DNA of 64,000 bases from assembly GCA_000182565.2 (NCBI GenBank), contig KQ257451.1. The stretch is one strand, 5' to 3'. Shown one piece after another: positions 30,357 to 43,829 of the stretch (position 1 is its first letter; every line of letters starts with the position of its first letter). The stretch comes from Spizellomyces punctatus DAOM BR117. Taxonomy: Eukaryota. The notes beneath the pieces were generated by a model that had not been told where the DNA came from, ran no database searches, and was given only the letters and a program-made list of their open reading frames with translations. The translations under genes were made by a program, and so were the position numbers.

Positions 30357-31562
30357 TTACCTTTTCATCATGAACACGGCAATTATCAATAACACCGCAA
30401 ACATGATTAACGGAAGCAGTTTAAACCCAGTTCGCGATTGGGAAGAAGATTTTTCAGAGGGGGCGACATCCCCTTGATCATCAGTGCCATCATCTAACAT
30501 GTCCCCCTGACAGTTGTCTTCCTCCATCGAGAGTGGTGCCTGCCCAGATTCCATTAAATAGGTGTGAGCCAGCGCAATGAGCGCTGGATCAAACTCTAGC
30601 TCCTCCAGATTCTGTTCATTAGTATTGGGTTCTCCAGTAATATGATGAACCGAGATGAGGGTGGGGTCCATCAACAGCTTCTCAAATGCCACACGATCTG
30701 CGTCGCCGATAACAATACCATCCACCGGAGCATTTGCTGTGTATTCAACATACAGCGGTTCTTGAGGCTCAACATTTCCACTATGATCATGACCCGAGAT
30801 GAGGGTGGGGTCCATCAAAAGTTTCCCAATTGAAACACCATCTGCGTCAATACCATCCACCGGAGCAGTTGTCGGCTGTTCAACAGACAGCGGTTCCACA
30901 TCTGCAGTATAATGAATGGAAACCTGCGCAAGATCCCATAAGAGATCTTCGAACGCGACACGATCTGCGTCCTCGATAACAATATCATTCAGAGGAGCAT
31001 AAGTGTCGTTGATTGGCTGTTCAACACACAGCGGTTCTTGCGTTACGGTGGAGTCGTTTGGATTTGCAAGTTCAGCTACATCACAAACGAAATTCTCCAC
31101 AAAAATTGCATCATCCAAAACGACTTGATTACTATCATCCTTCAGCGGAGTAACCTCATCCACAAGAACTTTGTTACAATCGTCCTTCAGCGGAGCAACG
31201 TCATTCATGGGGGCATCACAGACGACTGAGGGGCGGTCTTGCTTGTATTTCATTGCGATAGAGGTTACGGTAGAGTCTTTTGGATTTGCAAGTTCAGCTA
31301 CATCACAAACGAAATTCTCCACAAAAATTGCATCATCCAAAACGACTTGATTATTATCATCCTTCAGCGGAGTAACCTCATCCACAAGAACTTTGTTACG
31401 ATCGTCCTTCAGCGGAGCAACGTCATTCACGGGAGCATCAGACACCGAGAGGCGGCCTTGCTTGTATTTCATTGCGATAGAGGTCACGGAAGAGATGATA
31501 ACAAAAGAGAAAGAAGCGTAAAAGAGGAATGAGAGAAGAGAGAAGAATTGGATTGAGAACAT
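30357..31562 (-). CDS. Intronless acidic protein of unknown function with internal tandem repeats and hydrophobic N- and C-termini
   Basis: Uninterrupted ORF of about 400 codons from MFSIQFF; hydrophobic ends; repeats preserve frame; TATA-like element near 31698-31704. Confidence 0.7.
   Translation of the reverse strand: MFSIQFFSLLSFLFYASFSFVIISSVTSIAMKYKQGRLSVSDAPVNDVAPLKDDRNKVLVDEVTPLKDDNNQVVLDDAIFVENFVCDVAELANPKDSTVTSIAMKYKQDRPSVVCDAPMNDVAPLKDDCNKVLVDEVTPLKDDSNQVVLDDAIFVENFVCDVAELANPNDSTVTQEPLCVEQPINDTYAPLNDIVIEDADRVAFEDLLWDLAQVSIHYTADVEPLSVEQPTTAPVDGIDADGVSIGKLLMDPTLISGHDHSGNVEPQEPLYVEYTANAPVDGIVIGDADRVAFEKLLMDPTLISVHHITGEPNTNEQNLEELEFDPALIALAHTYLMESGQAPLSMEEDNCQGDMLDDGTDDQGDVAPSEKSSSQSRTGFKLLPLIMFAVLLIIAVFMMKR
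31046..31490. repeat. Near-identical tandem duplication (219/222-bp units) inside the orphan ORF
   Basis: ATTGCGATAGAGG at 31252 and 31471; GATTTGCAAGTTCAGCTACATCACAAACG at 31061 and 31283. Confidence 0.95.
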
Positions 31563-31835
31563 GATAAAAGTGGGCGAAATGCTGAAGAAAAAGGAGGAGG
31601 GGAACGCGAGATGGTCGCCTTTAAATAACTTTCGCGTTTTCGGACTTTCGGACTCATTTACTCCCGTGTGGCTTATCACCTCCTCAATAAAGCCACAATA
31701 TATAGTGGCTGACCGTCACATGACGGACCGCTGTCTGACTGGCTCCAAAGCACGTCCAGTACGTGGAAGACGACTTCCTCTGCTTTTTGCACCGCACAAG
31801 GGCTTACTGTATGAGGACGGTGATCCTCCTCTTGA

Positions 31836-33032
<1,197 letters not shown>

Positions 33033-33113
33033 CCAGAGGTTTAACCTTCGAATACCAATGGGCATACCAGAGGTCCGTTTACCTAGGGGACATACCCGCT
33101 GAAGGTCTGGTAG

Positions 33114-34092
33114 CTACGCAGCTTTTATTTTAGACAAGTTATTGCCGTAAGAGGAGGCCAGCAAAACCCAGGTCACCAATACGGTGCCAAATAATGTGAC
33201 TGTATATGTCAGGATACCAATAACCCCTTGGTCACTTATCTGTCCCACCGGTATCTCCACTGTATAAGGACGGGTAGACATTTCCATCCGATTCCATCCT
33301 GAACGGATTAGGACATTGTCAGTATGCCCCTGGACAAGTTGGAAGAATTCGTGTTCGGTGATCGATGGTAGTGAAACGTCTGTACATACGTCCCAACCAA
33401 GAATGTAAGTCGGACATCAGTGCCAAGACGCCCACCCGATCACTCTCACCAGTTTCACGCGTCAGATATGCTGCAGTCTGCACGGTGTCTACAGCCACTC
33501 GCAAGCTCTGCGCTTGCGGCGCTTGATACCGCATATGATATGGTAAAGAAATGATTAAAGTGGTATCACTAGGAAGGACATTTAATGTGGGTGACGGTCC
33601 ACAATCCCAGGTAATCCAGATTGGTACCTCTGCTGGGCAAATTGCACTCGTAGAAGGACTCCATTCCTCGTTGCAGTACTTGCATAAGCTGGAGCCTCCA
33701 AATCAGCATCTCCAACGCATGCGACGGTTACTCCCACAGGCCAGGAAATGCGTCCGATTTCATAGCGATCAGCAAAGGCTGCTGAGCCAAACCCAAGCAA
33801 CAGAACCAGCTGTCCCTCTTTAAGCTGTTCCCTCCGGTGTATCGTAATCTGAAATTTTTGATGATAGCCATATCCAGGTAGGAGTTCAGTCTGCAATACG
33901 ATATTGTCCTCACTAGAGCTATTGGGAGAGGAATGAGGAACAAGATCTTGTTTCATCGCAATGGACGCTGAATCCTGACCTTGAGTCTATCCTGCTTTGA
34001 TCTTTCAACGAACTTGCATGACTCTGAATAATAAAACCGCACAATAACACGGCGAAGAGCAAACCAGAGATCAATGTGTGTTTCCCGTACAT
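33114..34092 (-). CDS. PIG-X/Pbn1-like GPI mannosyltransferase I subunit
   Basis: Signal peptide; GYGYHQ; FADRYEI..GDADLEAPA; PYHMRYQAP; VEIPVG followed by a C-terminal TM helix and short basic tail. Confidence 0.75.
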
Positions 34093-34288
34093 TTGGAAAA
34101 ACGGGTAGCGGATCGATCTTCGTGCATCACGTCATATTCGCACAGTCATCGAACGAACACGTAAGCAGGTCATCGCCTTGGCAGCCTTCCTCATACAAGT
34201 GGACGCTGTACCCCAACCCATGTAGAAGGACAGAGTGGCCTGCTTCAACACCTGAAGCTCCGCATGGCGGCCTTGCAGCTTGGCTCTA

Positions 34289-37200
34289 ATGCAGGAAATG
34301 GACAATATAGAGAACCTCAAGTGGAGTCTCGTCATAATGAAGACTCTGATGACCCTAGAACGCCATTGCTTCCCCAATATCGAGATCACAGCGGCCGGTT
34401 TAAAGAAGGGTAGGCAAACGGGTGACTGTCGATGTCTACAAAGCTCCTTACCAGTTTTTCTGAAACTCGACTCCTTCACAAAGGTTAAGCAATCTTGCAC
34501 GATCTTATGGACTTGTCGGGAGCGCCGTGCGTGCCGGGAGTCAACTCTTTACAAAGTCAACCATCAAGGCGAGTATCACCTATAGTGTGGCCACGTTAGC
34601 CACATTTTCTCAATATTCGAATGAGCACCTCCAAGGAGCGAGCTACCTGTTCGCCACGGCTGTGTTATACTTCCATCCGTGAGTGTCTAGCACATGCCTT
34701 GGCTGGTCTTTCATCATGTTCTCACTCGGCTTCTTGACAGGGCTCGATCGGTTGGAGCAATGGTTGAGGCCCTGCTATGTTGCATTGTCGGTCTCACTGC
34801 TGGGTTTCTGATTGCATGGGGTTGTTTACATCTCGCCTTATATTATGAAGAGGAGGAAAAGAATGCCATGGAAGCTCACATATTTGCGTTAACAACCTTA
34901 TCATTGGTAACCTTTATCCTCGCATTCATACGCGCCAAATTCGGAGTCAGCCGACCTGCCATAGGAACAGGTAAGAAAGAATAGACTATGATTCTTTTGG
35001 GTCGAACTAATCCGCGCACCCTCTAGGTTGCACTATAACGCACTTGCTCACGTTTATTGTGATCACCCAAATGGCTTCAGAGAAGTCGCTGCTTCTTCTA
35101 TCGGAAAAGATTATGCGAGTTTCATTTGCGTTGTTGGCTGGGACATGTGTTAGCTTTCTTGGATGCTGTCTGCTGTGGCCAAAAACAGCGGCTTCCGTCC
35201 TGCGGCGCGACATTTCCAGCAGCCTGAGCAATTTAAGTTGTTTCTTCGACGTTTTGTCAAACACCTTTTCTTTAACATCGCCCCAAATGACGGCACTGCA
35301 ATTCCCATCTGATTTGTCAAAGCAAGCATCCAGTGTAGACTTGGAGACTATCGAATCCCAACATGAGAGATTGGAAATGCTCGTGGAAGAGCATCAGGCA
35401 ATGCTCCTTCGGATGGACACACTCCGATATGAGGTCTCATTTGAACCAACGACCAGCATGTATCTCCATCGGGCCAAGTACCAGGCCATTTTTGAGTCTG
35501 CTGAGAGACTCAGTCAGCACCTGGGCGGTCTGCAGTCCAGCATTGTACGGGTTGACACGATCATCACCCAAGATGCTGACAATATGGCCCTTCTGGAGTT
35601 CATGGAAACGATGGGTGATTCCTTACGCCAGGTTATTGTCGTGTGTAAGCAGAGCCTGTCCTTGATTGGCACACTGTTTGCGGCGCCAGCACAGAATGGC
35701 CAAGACGCTGACATCATCCTGCCGGCTTTACGGGACCTTGCTGCTAGATTGGCATCCGCATTGGACACTTTTGATGCGACGCAACGTCGAGTTCTCCTTG
35801 AAATCTATAAACATGTCCATGAGGACGTTTTCCTGGTGTTCTTTTTTGTGTTTGAGCTACTGGAGATAGGGAAGGAACTAATCCGATTGGTAAATGCGGT
35901 GGGCGAACTCAAACGGGAGGTTCTGGAACGACGACGATTAGGAAAAGTTGCGTGGTTCTGGCGAGCCATTCATCGCTCGGACGCTCATGATCATGTCCCG
36001 GTTTCACAGCATGCAAGGTGAGACTCGTTCAGGCTTATTTAGGGATTGAAATAGTGTTGCTTATTTGGCATCTCGACAGGGCACGTTTCGGCCGCACAAT
36101 GACCGGTTTGCAGTCAGCCCCGCAACCGCGTGATCATGGACTTCCACGATCCGTATCTTTACCCGCGACAGCCAGACTTCAACTTGACAGCCCTCGTACA
36201 GTTAACTGCTCTGTGCGTATATGGACGTTTTTCTCCTCGCTCAAAAAGTTTGAAGTCCGGTTTGCGATCAAAACGGCCGTTACGGTGGCGTTGTTAGCAT
36301 TACCCGCTTTTCTGGATTCCACTCAAGAGCTTTTTTATGAGTACGTCTCATTGTGTTCGGATATGTTCATTCAGGTCAACTTATTGCGACTTAGGTACCG
36401 CATGCATTGGGCGTTGAGTACGTTTGTTGTTGTGATGACTCCATCAGTGGGAGGCACTAATGCAGCGGGCTTATGGCGGATTTTGGGGACAATTGGAGGA
36501 GCCCTAACAGCTTTGGTAGCGGGTATCCTTTGTGCTGATAATCGCGTCGCGCTCTTCTTTGTATGTGCCGTGGTTGCCTTGCCTTGCATGTTTGTCTTCT
36601 TGCACACAAAGTATCCCAAAATTGGTCAGGTACTGGAAGCAGAAGGGTCGCTAGAAACCCGTATTAAAGATCTCACTTTTTTCTACCGTCAGATCTACCT
36701 TCTTACCTTCTCCATCATTATTCTCAACGACTATGCGGGAAAAGTGGATCCGGTTACTGGAAAGGATTACTCTATCTACGAGATTGCATTTCGCCGCGGA
36801 TTCGCTGTTGTCGTTGGCTGTGTCGTCGGGTTATTTGTCTCTTGGTATATCTGGCCATTTACGTAAGTTATGCTAGAGTTTGGGATCTACCCCAGGACTC
36901 TTTGCTGACCTCTACTTATTGCACTGTAGTGCTCGAAAAGCGCTACGAGTTGGTCTCTCGAATGTACTACATGTTATACTCTTTGTTCCGCGTCCACATT
37001 GATGTACTCATGATATTTGTTTAGACACTATTTGATATGGGCCTCCTATACAGCAAGCTTGTCGGCTTCTTCGATACAGTAGATGAACCAACATCTCACG
37101 ATCTACTCGAGTTTCTTGAAGATGAACTTGCGCTGCGGATGTCGTTGGCAGAGTTGCGGGTTCTTCTCGGCCAAACGGTACACGAACCGAGACTAAGAGG

Positions 37201-37738
37201 CCAGTTCCCAAGAAGCGTTTATGCGAAAATGATCGACGCCAGCGCGCAGATCTTGGATAAGTTTGTCTCCATGCGAATCGGAGTGTAAGGAAATGCCGAA
37301 TTGGACTGCACGACAAACACGCTTTGCTAAATCATTGATGGCCTTAGGACCAAGCGGAGATTTGCCCACATTCGGTCCGATTTTATTGCGCCCGTAGAGC
37401 CCAAACGACGCAAAATGATTGGAAGTATGTTGCTGTACTTTTATATTCTTTCAGGGGCCTTGATTCTGCGGTACCCGCTACCTCCGCAACTTCCGAACGC
37501 ACGAGACTCACGCGATCGCCTAATCGAAGCCATTCGCGCCCTGCCCGTGATTCAGCCCAGGCATGTGGGTAGCCAGGAAGACCCCATTTACATTTATTAC
37601 TATATGTATGTTTTGGGAATGGATGATGTGATTGCAGAACTCGAAGTACTGGGACAGTGTTGTACAGAGTTGTTTGGTGTCATGGCGTTAGGTGATATGG
37701 GCGACGAATGGAGAAATAAGTGGGGTGACAGAGATTAG
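34289..37738 (+). CDS. FUSC/ArAE-like (ALMT-related) multi-pass transporter, multi-exon; start uncertain
   Basis: LYFHPARSVGAMVEA; FAIKTA..WALSTFVVVMTPSVGGT..RILGTIGGA; HEPRLRGQFP. Confidence 0.85.
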
Positions 37739-37970
37739 GTATACATATGGTTGAACTTTCTTCAGCGACGGCCATGTATGTAGCTGAAAGTGTAGATACT
37801 TTACAAGTTAATAAGAAACACAAGTTAGAGGACACACTGGCTCAAGCCCATACCGTAGTTAATATGGGATTGTTAAATGATAGGTCCCTCGGTGACCAAC
37901 TTTCGAGATGGAAGTTCCATGAGAATGCCGGACGGTCACAGAACGTGAAAGAAAGTCAATTTGCTATTAA

Positions 37971-38041
37971 TGCTTCCTTCTCGTTTGAACACGGGCTCTA
38001 GATGTTACAGTCTAACCTTCTTCCACTTGAGCTAAGGGCGC
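37971..38041 (-). pseudogene. Degenerate tRNA-like copy A (tRNA-Phe-like body)
   Basis: Minus strand GCGCCCTTAGCTCAAGTGGAAGAAGGTTAGACTGTAACATCTAGAGCCCGTGTTCAAACGAGAAGGAAGCA: A and B boxes present, 8-nt anticodon loop, imperfect stems. Confidence 0.7.
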
Positions 38042-38128
38042 TACATGCCATTGTTTGGCGAATAATATTCAGCAAGGAAGCTTTCTGTACGCACAAGTAC
38101 GAAGTGAAAGCACCAAAAACCGATGCAA

Positions 38129-38193
38129 TGCTTTCTGCATCTCTGATTTGAACACGGAGCCTTTAGATGTTACGATCTAGTACTAGAGCTAAG
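38129..38193 (-). pseudogene. Degenerate tRNA-like copy B
   Basis: Shares TTGAACACGGA.CCTTTAGAT and GAGCTAAG with copies A and D; D-arm partly deleted. Confidence 0.6.
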
Positions 38194-38293
38194 CTCTACT
38201 GTTTTACAATAGATGTCGTCCTCCAGATTGGGCAGGAGCGCAAGGTAGGCCGAGTGAAAGAACAAAAAGAAAGCAGGTCACGACTCACGGGAA

Positions 38294-38319
38294 TGCTCCT
38301 TCCTTTGAGCTAAGGGAGT
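38294..38319 (-). pseudogene. tRNA-like remnant C (5' and 3' ends fused, interior deleted)
   Basis: TGCTCCTTCC joined directly to TTTGAGCTAAGGGAG. Confidence 0.5.
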
Positions 38320-38536
38320 TTACATCTTTCATCTTCCTGTCCTTCAATAAGTGATCATCAAGAGAGAAACATGCGCTCGTCCCGTTGACATCAAACTAAC
38401 TAGGGAGACGGCAATTACTGTCCGATGGTACTGCGCTACATGCATTCAGATTGGGCAAATACGCACATGTAGGCACCAGGAAAGGATGAATGGTCCGAAC
38501 ACAACGGAAAAAAGTAACGGTTCTCCAGTATGAAAA

Positions 38537-38608
38537 TGCTCCCTTCCGTTGAACACGGAACCTTTAGATCTTAACGGTCTAACGCTCTACCAATTGAGCT
38601 AAGGGAGT
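38537..38608 (-). pseudogene. Best-preserved tRNA-like copy D (tRNA-Phe-like, altered anticodon loop, shortened T-arm)
   Basis: Minus strand CTCCCTTAGCTCAATTGGTAGAGCGTTAGACCGTTAAGATCTAAAGGTTCCGTGTTCAACGGAAGGGAGCA followed by TTTT; terminal CTCCCTT/AAGGGAG pairing, D stem GCTC/GAGC, anticodon stem TTAGA/TCTAA. Confidence 0.8.
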
Positions 38609-39910
38609 GCACAGTTTAACTCTTTTTTTTAACTATATCATATCGCTAAGCATGCCGATTGGACTACCGCATTTCCTTTCGGACCACATGCTTGTAGACA
38701 GACAGTGCCGGACATCCGCTACGGATGCGCCCTGCCTCTAACGCTGAAGGGAAGATTTGGTCTTTCGTTCTGGATGGTGCTATTCAAGCGGCCCTAGCTG
38801 CCTAGATTGTTACAGTCTTCCCAATGGATTACATCTAAAGTGCAGTACATTTGCCTCTTTTGTTCTTTTGCACTTCCTCAGATGAGGTACGAAAAGAGTT
38901 CCCTCCAAGAGTATGGCAAAGCAATGGAATGTACGTAGCGTCTCAAGCAACAAACTCGATCAAAATTTTATAAAATAGTCAGTAGTTGTGATTGAATAAG
39001 GCTAGCTTTAAAGGCCAGGAGTACATGCCTACCTCCATCTTTTCCAAGATGTCACCTAAGCATATATACTAGTAGTAGTAACTTGCTAGTCTTCCACACC
39101 GCCAGGGAGCATCATAATGCTCTCGTAACGCAGAGATCAACCAAGCGGTATGATCTATCAGACATGAACTGAATTGGGTACTGATAGAGTAGGAAATTCT
39201 ACTTGGATAATGACGTTTTTCTTTTGCAAGACCAACTGCGACATCAACTCACCCCTGACTTGCAAATAGCTTTTATCACCGCAACTAACTGATGAGTGTA
39301 GAAATTCAAACGGTTTATAAGAGAAGATGTTAACGTTTACAGCCCTCCAAAAGTCGCTGCAGTTGCATTGTCCTTGTCAGTTAGCGGGTACTCATCTAGC
39401 AAAAGATTATAAACGCATATTAAGGCGAGTGGGCATAAAGCAATGACACCATCCGAACTCTTGGCGCAAATGTCTAGCAATCAAACCAAATCCCCCTCCA
39501 GAGCGCGACCAAGGCCTGGAAAACGTGCTGCAACACAGCCCACAAAGGGCGAATACCTGGCATAGGCTTAAAACCCTCTCAGTCCTTCCTTCTGCTGCTC
39601 ATCATCGATTGCTCATAAAAAGCAAACTCCAAAAGGTATCTTCAAAGTAAGTTCAATTCATCTGACGTCACAGTTTGTTGGCATGACGCGCAGCACTCAA
39701 GAAGTTGCTCTGGCTGCAGAGAGTTTCCTTTGAGTTTTTCCATTTTCCTACTTGTGCCTTTTGTTCTATTTTTGCCATAACAGCCATTTTCCAGCAGCCG
39801 TTCTCCCCATTTGTATCATACACAACTTCTCCAACTTGGATTATTGTTTACTCTGATATTTCCTTTTTCTTGTCGAATACATACATTATACTCAGTCCTC
39901 TTTGTTCAAC

Positions 39911-42900
39911 ATGCCGCCTGTAGCAACTCAACCCGAGAAGCTAGACTCGAAACAGAAAATCGGAAAGGAGCAGCTTGACCCTGACCATCCTGGTCCACTT
40001 CCACCGGGATGCTATATCAAACCATCGCCTCCATTAAATACCAAAGATTTGCTGATCACACAGAATTTGGACGACTTTACGGCAAAGTATCAGGAAGCCG
40101 AAGCGTTCAAAGCAATGGAGAAAGCCCGCCGAGCTGCAAACTATCTCGCAGCTGCAATGATCTTTTTGAAGGATAATGTTGATTTGTCGCAGCCTTTGAA
40201 GAGGGAGCACATCAAACCCAGATTGCTGGGGCACTGGGGTGTGTAGGTCCATTGCCATCCTATTGATCTGCTTCAATACTCAATACCAGTTGTATGCAGG
40301 AACATGCCCGGCAATCACGTTCATATACTCTCACTGTGATAACATCATCAAAAAGCATGATCTAGACATGTTTCTCGTCGTAGGTAAGTTGCTGGCAGCA
40401 TTGGTCCATCAGCTCCAGATTTGGCCACGTCTGAACCGTACTCCTTTAAGGTCCTGGTCACGGTGCTCCAGGAGTGCTGGCAAACTTGTATTTGGAGGGT
40501 ACCCTTGCCAAGTTTGATAGCCGCTACAGCTGGAGCGAAGAAGGATTTCGCAACCTTGTGCGTGGATTTTCTTGGCCAGGAGGTTTTCCAAGGTAAATTT
40601 CGAATCCAGTACACTATCTTTGATATGGAAGCTGAATAAGGTCACTCTAGCCATGTTAATGCGGAGGTGCCTGGCTCTATTCACGAAGGGGGCGAATTGG
40701 GATATGCTTTAAGCGTCAGTTTCGGTGCAGTGATGGATAATCCTGACGTAATTGTAACTTGCATTGTTGGAGGTAATGCGAGCGGCTAATTCAGAACCAT
40801 GGCGAATACTGAATCATAATGTTTATAATGAAGATGGAGAAGCCGAAACTGGACCTACCGCGACAGGTTGGCACTCGTACAAGTATATCGACCCCAAAGA
40901 AAGCGGTGCAGTCCTCCCGATTTTGAACGCCAATGGTTATAAAATTTCAGAGCCAACCATCTTTGGATCCATGGCGTAAGTGTACTGTGTGCAACGTTTT
41001 GTCGACATTTTCATTCATCCTCGTTGCATATACAGCGATGAAGAGCTTGCAGCACTCTTCAGTGGATATGGCTATCAGGTGCGCATTGTGGAAAACATGG
41101 AGAAAATTGATGTCGATATGTCCGCTGCAATGGAATGGTAGAGATACATCGTTCTCCGTGCAGTTGTTTCTGAAGGAGATGCATTACTGACACTGGGCAC
41201 CCTAGGGCGTATGGCGAGATTCGCCGCATTCAGCAAGCAGCTCGCAGCGGAAATCCGATCGCCAAGCCTCGTTGGCCCATGTTGATTCTACGAACACCAA
41301 AAGGATGGACCGGGCCACAGGAGGTTCACGGGAAGCAAATAGTGGGCACTTGGAGGGCGCATCAAGTGCCCCTTCCTCATGTACATACCGACGACGAAGA
41401 GTTTGCGGCACTCGAGAAGTGGCTGCGGTCATACAAACCTGAAGAACTCTTCAATAAAGGTGTCCCCAATGAAGACCTGCTGAAAGCGTTCCCTAAACCA
41501 GAGCGCATGATGGGGTTTGTTGAAAAGTCTATTCAACATATACGGGGTTTGAGATCTGACTTTGTCGGTTCTACAGTCGCAACCCAAAAACATATGCAGC
41601 CTATAAGCCTCTTGACCTTCCTGACTTTAAGAACCTTGGGTGCAAGCAAACTCTCAAGAGAGATGAATGGCAAAGCTGCATGGTTGTGGGTGGCAAATAT
41701 CTGGCGGGCGTGATTGAAAAGTAAGCCCAACTCATTGGATGTATGAACAAAGTTCTGATCCACATGCATTGTCAAGAAACCCGGCGAGCTTCCGCATCTT
41801 TTCCCCGGATGGTGAGTGCACCCTACAGCTGTCCCTGACGCTGAATGCCAGCTCAATCCTGATTAATCGCTCCTCGATGTACAGAACTTGAGAGCAACAA
41901 GCTTTCGGCTGTTTTGGAAAAGACTCACCGCAATTTCCAATGGGACCCCTTCAGTGACAAAGACGGGCGAGTCATTGAAGTCTTGTCCGAACATCAGGTA
42001 TCTTTCTCAAAGCCATATTCTGCAAAGCAATATGAAGCTAACGTTTGAGCATTTAGTGTCAGGGTTGGATGCAAGGCTACACTCTCACGGGAAGAGTGGC
42101 ACTATTTCCAAGTTACGAGAGCTTCCTGCCCATCATTAGTAAGTGATTTGGACGTTCCATCTGCTAGCAGAACGCATTGGTTGACATGAACTTCACTGCA
42201 AGCCACAATGGTCATTCAATATGCAAAGGTAAACCCCGGGCGTTGTGTATCTGAGAGTGACATCCTATAACGGCTTGTTTACCCTCCTGTCAGTTTCAAA
42301 AAGTTGCCCGCGAAACCAAATGGCGTAAAGACATTGCTTCAATAACTTATATTGAATCGTCCACATTGTGGAGGCAAGAACACAATGGTGAGGCTAGCCA
42401 TGGTCGCAATGCATGTCTTGTATCTATCATTGACAAACCAAACTTTCGCTACATTCAGGTTACTCTCATCAAAATCCAAGGTACAAATGAGTATTACTCT
42501 GTTGTGTAATTGCCCTATCCACTGACGCCATCCAAACCACAGCTTCATCGATGCCTTGATCAATCTCAAGACAAACATGATCCGCATTTACTTTCCCCCG
42601 GACGCCAATACATTGCTGTCCACGATCGACCATTGCCTAGCTTCCAAGAACTATGTGAATCTCATTGTTAGCTCCAAACAACCCATGCCTCTCTGGCTTT
42701 CAATGGAGGTATGCCAAGATCCATAATGAGCTGCACCTACGTATAGGCTACAGCAATCTCTTTTCCGCAGGAAGCAATCAAGCATTGCAGGGCTGGAGCG
42801 TCTATCTGGCGTAAATTTAGTACTTACGAAGGGAAAGATCCTGATGTTGTGCTGGTGGGCTGTGGTAACGAAACTATGTTCGAAGTTGTTGCCGCGGCTG

Positions 42901-43499
42901 CCATGTTGAAGATTGATGCTCCTGATTTGCGCATCAGAGTCATCAACGTCACAGGTTTGCCCACAATCCCCATCATGCTACTGTTCTGGCATTTTTTCTA
43001 ACCCTACTTTATGCGAAAGATCTGATGGTGCTGAGTGCTAAGGGTGGTCATCCGCATGCCCTGTCGCAGGAAGCGTTTGATGCACTCTTCACAAAGACAC
43101 GCCCCATCGTTTTCAACTTCCACGGTTATCCGGCTGTGGTGCGCGGATTAATATTTGATCGAGAAAGTCTTGCTGGGAGACTCTCTGTGGTAAGCAGACC
43201 GATGCAAGTCACGCATTTCCAAAAATATCGCTAAGTTTTCCGACCTAATTTGTTAGCATGGATATAATGAGGAAGGCACGACCACGACACCCTTCAAAAT
43301 GCTCACAGCCAATGGAGTTTCACGGTTCCACATTGCCATTGATGCTTTGCTGTCTGCGTCCCGCTCTGGCCATCGAGAACTGGACTTGGATGTACATGTG
43401 CTGGTCAGTGAGTATCAGAGCCGTTTGAGAGCTCATGACCACTACATCTTGAAGTATGGCGATGACCCGGAGGACCTGAAGGACCTTCCTCAAGTGTAA
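39911..43499 (+). CDS. Xylulose-5-phosphate/fructose-6-phosphate phosphoketolase (XFP), about 18 exons
   Basis: [75 protein letters not shown]. Confidence 0.97.
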
Positions 43500-43829
43500 G
43501 ACTCGTAGGAGGTTAGGGATAGCGATGATTATAGGGGATCCTAACATATAACTGGAGGATGGATTGCACACATATCGCCTGTCGTCTTTGGGATGTGATG
43601 AACGATACATTTGTTGTACCCAAAATTTCATTACCTTCACATTTGCCACAAAGCCAGGATGCACATTTTCATCATGTACAGACGGACGCAACGGGATGTA
43701 TTTACCTCCGCAATAAAAATGACACATAAACCAAATGGACCTCAGCCGCACCCCACCTCAACAGCGTGGCAGTAATTTCAATTGGTTTTTCTTATTGAAA
43801 CACTACCCCCACAGCCCCATAAAAGCATT

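Noticed and set aside
37945-38620. CRISPR-like reading of the spaced repeats
   Set aside because: Eukaryotic context, degenerate repeats, irregular spacing, no cas genes; a tRNA origin explains the repeats
41998-42056. Phosphoketolase intron starting GTATCTTT, resembling a U12 donor
   Set aside because: It mismatches GTATCCTT and has a U2-type GCTAAC branch point, not TCCTTAAC
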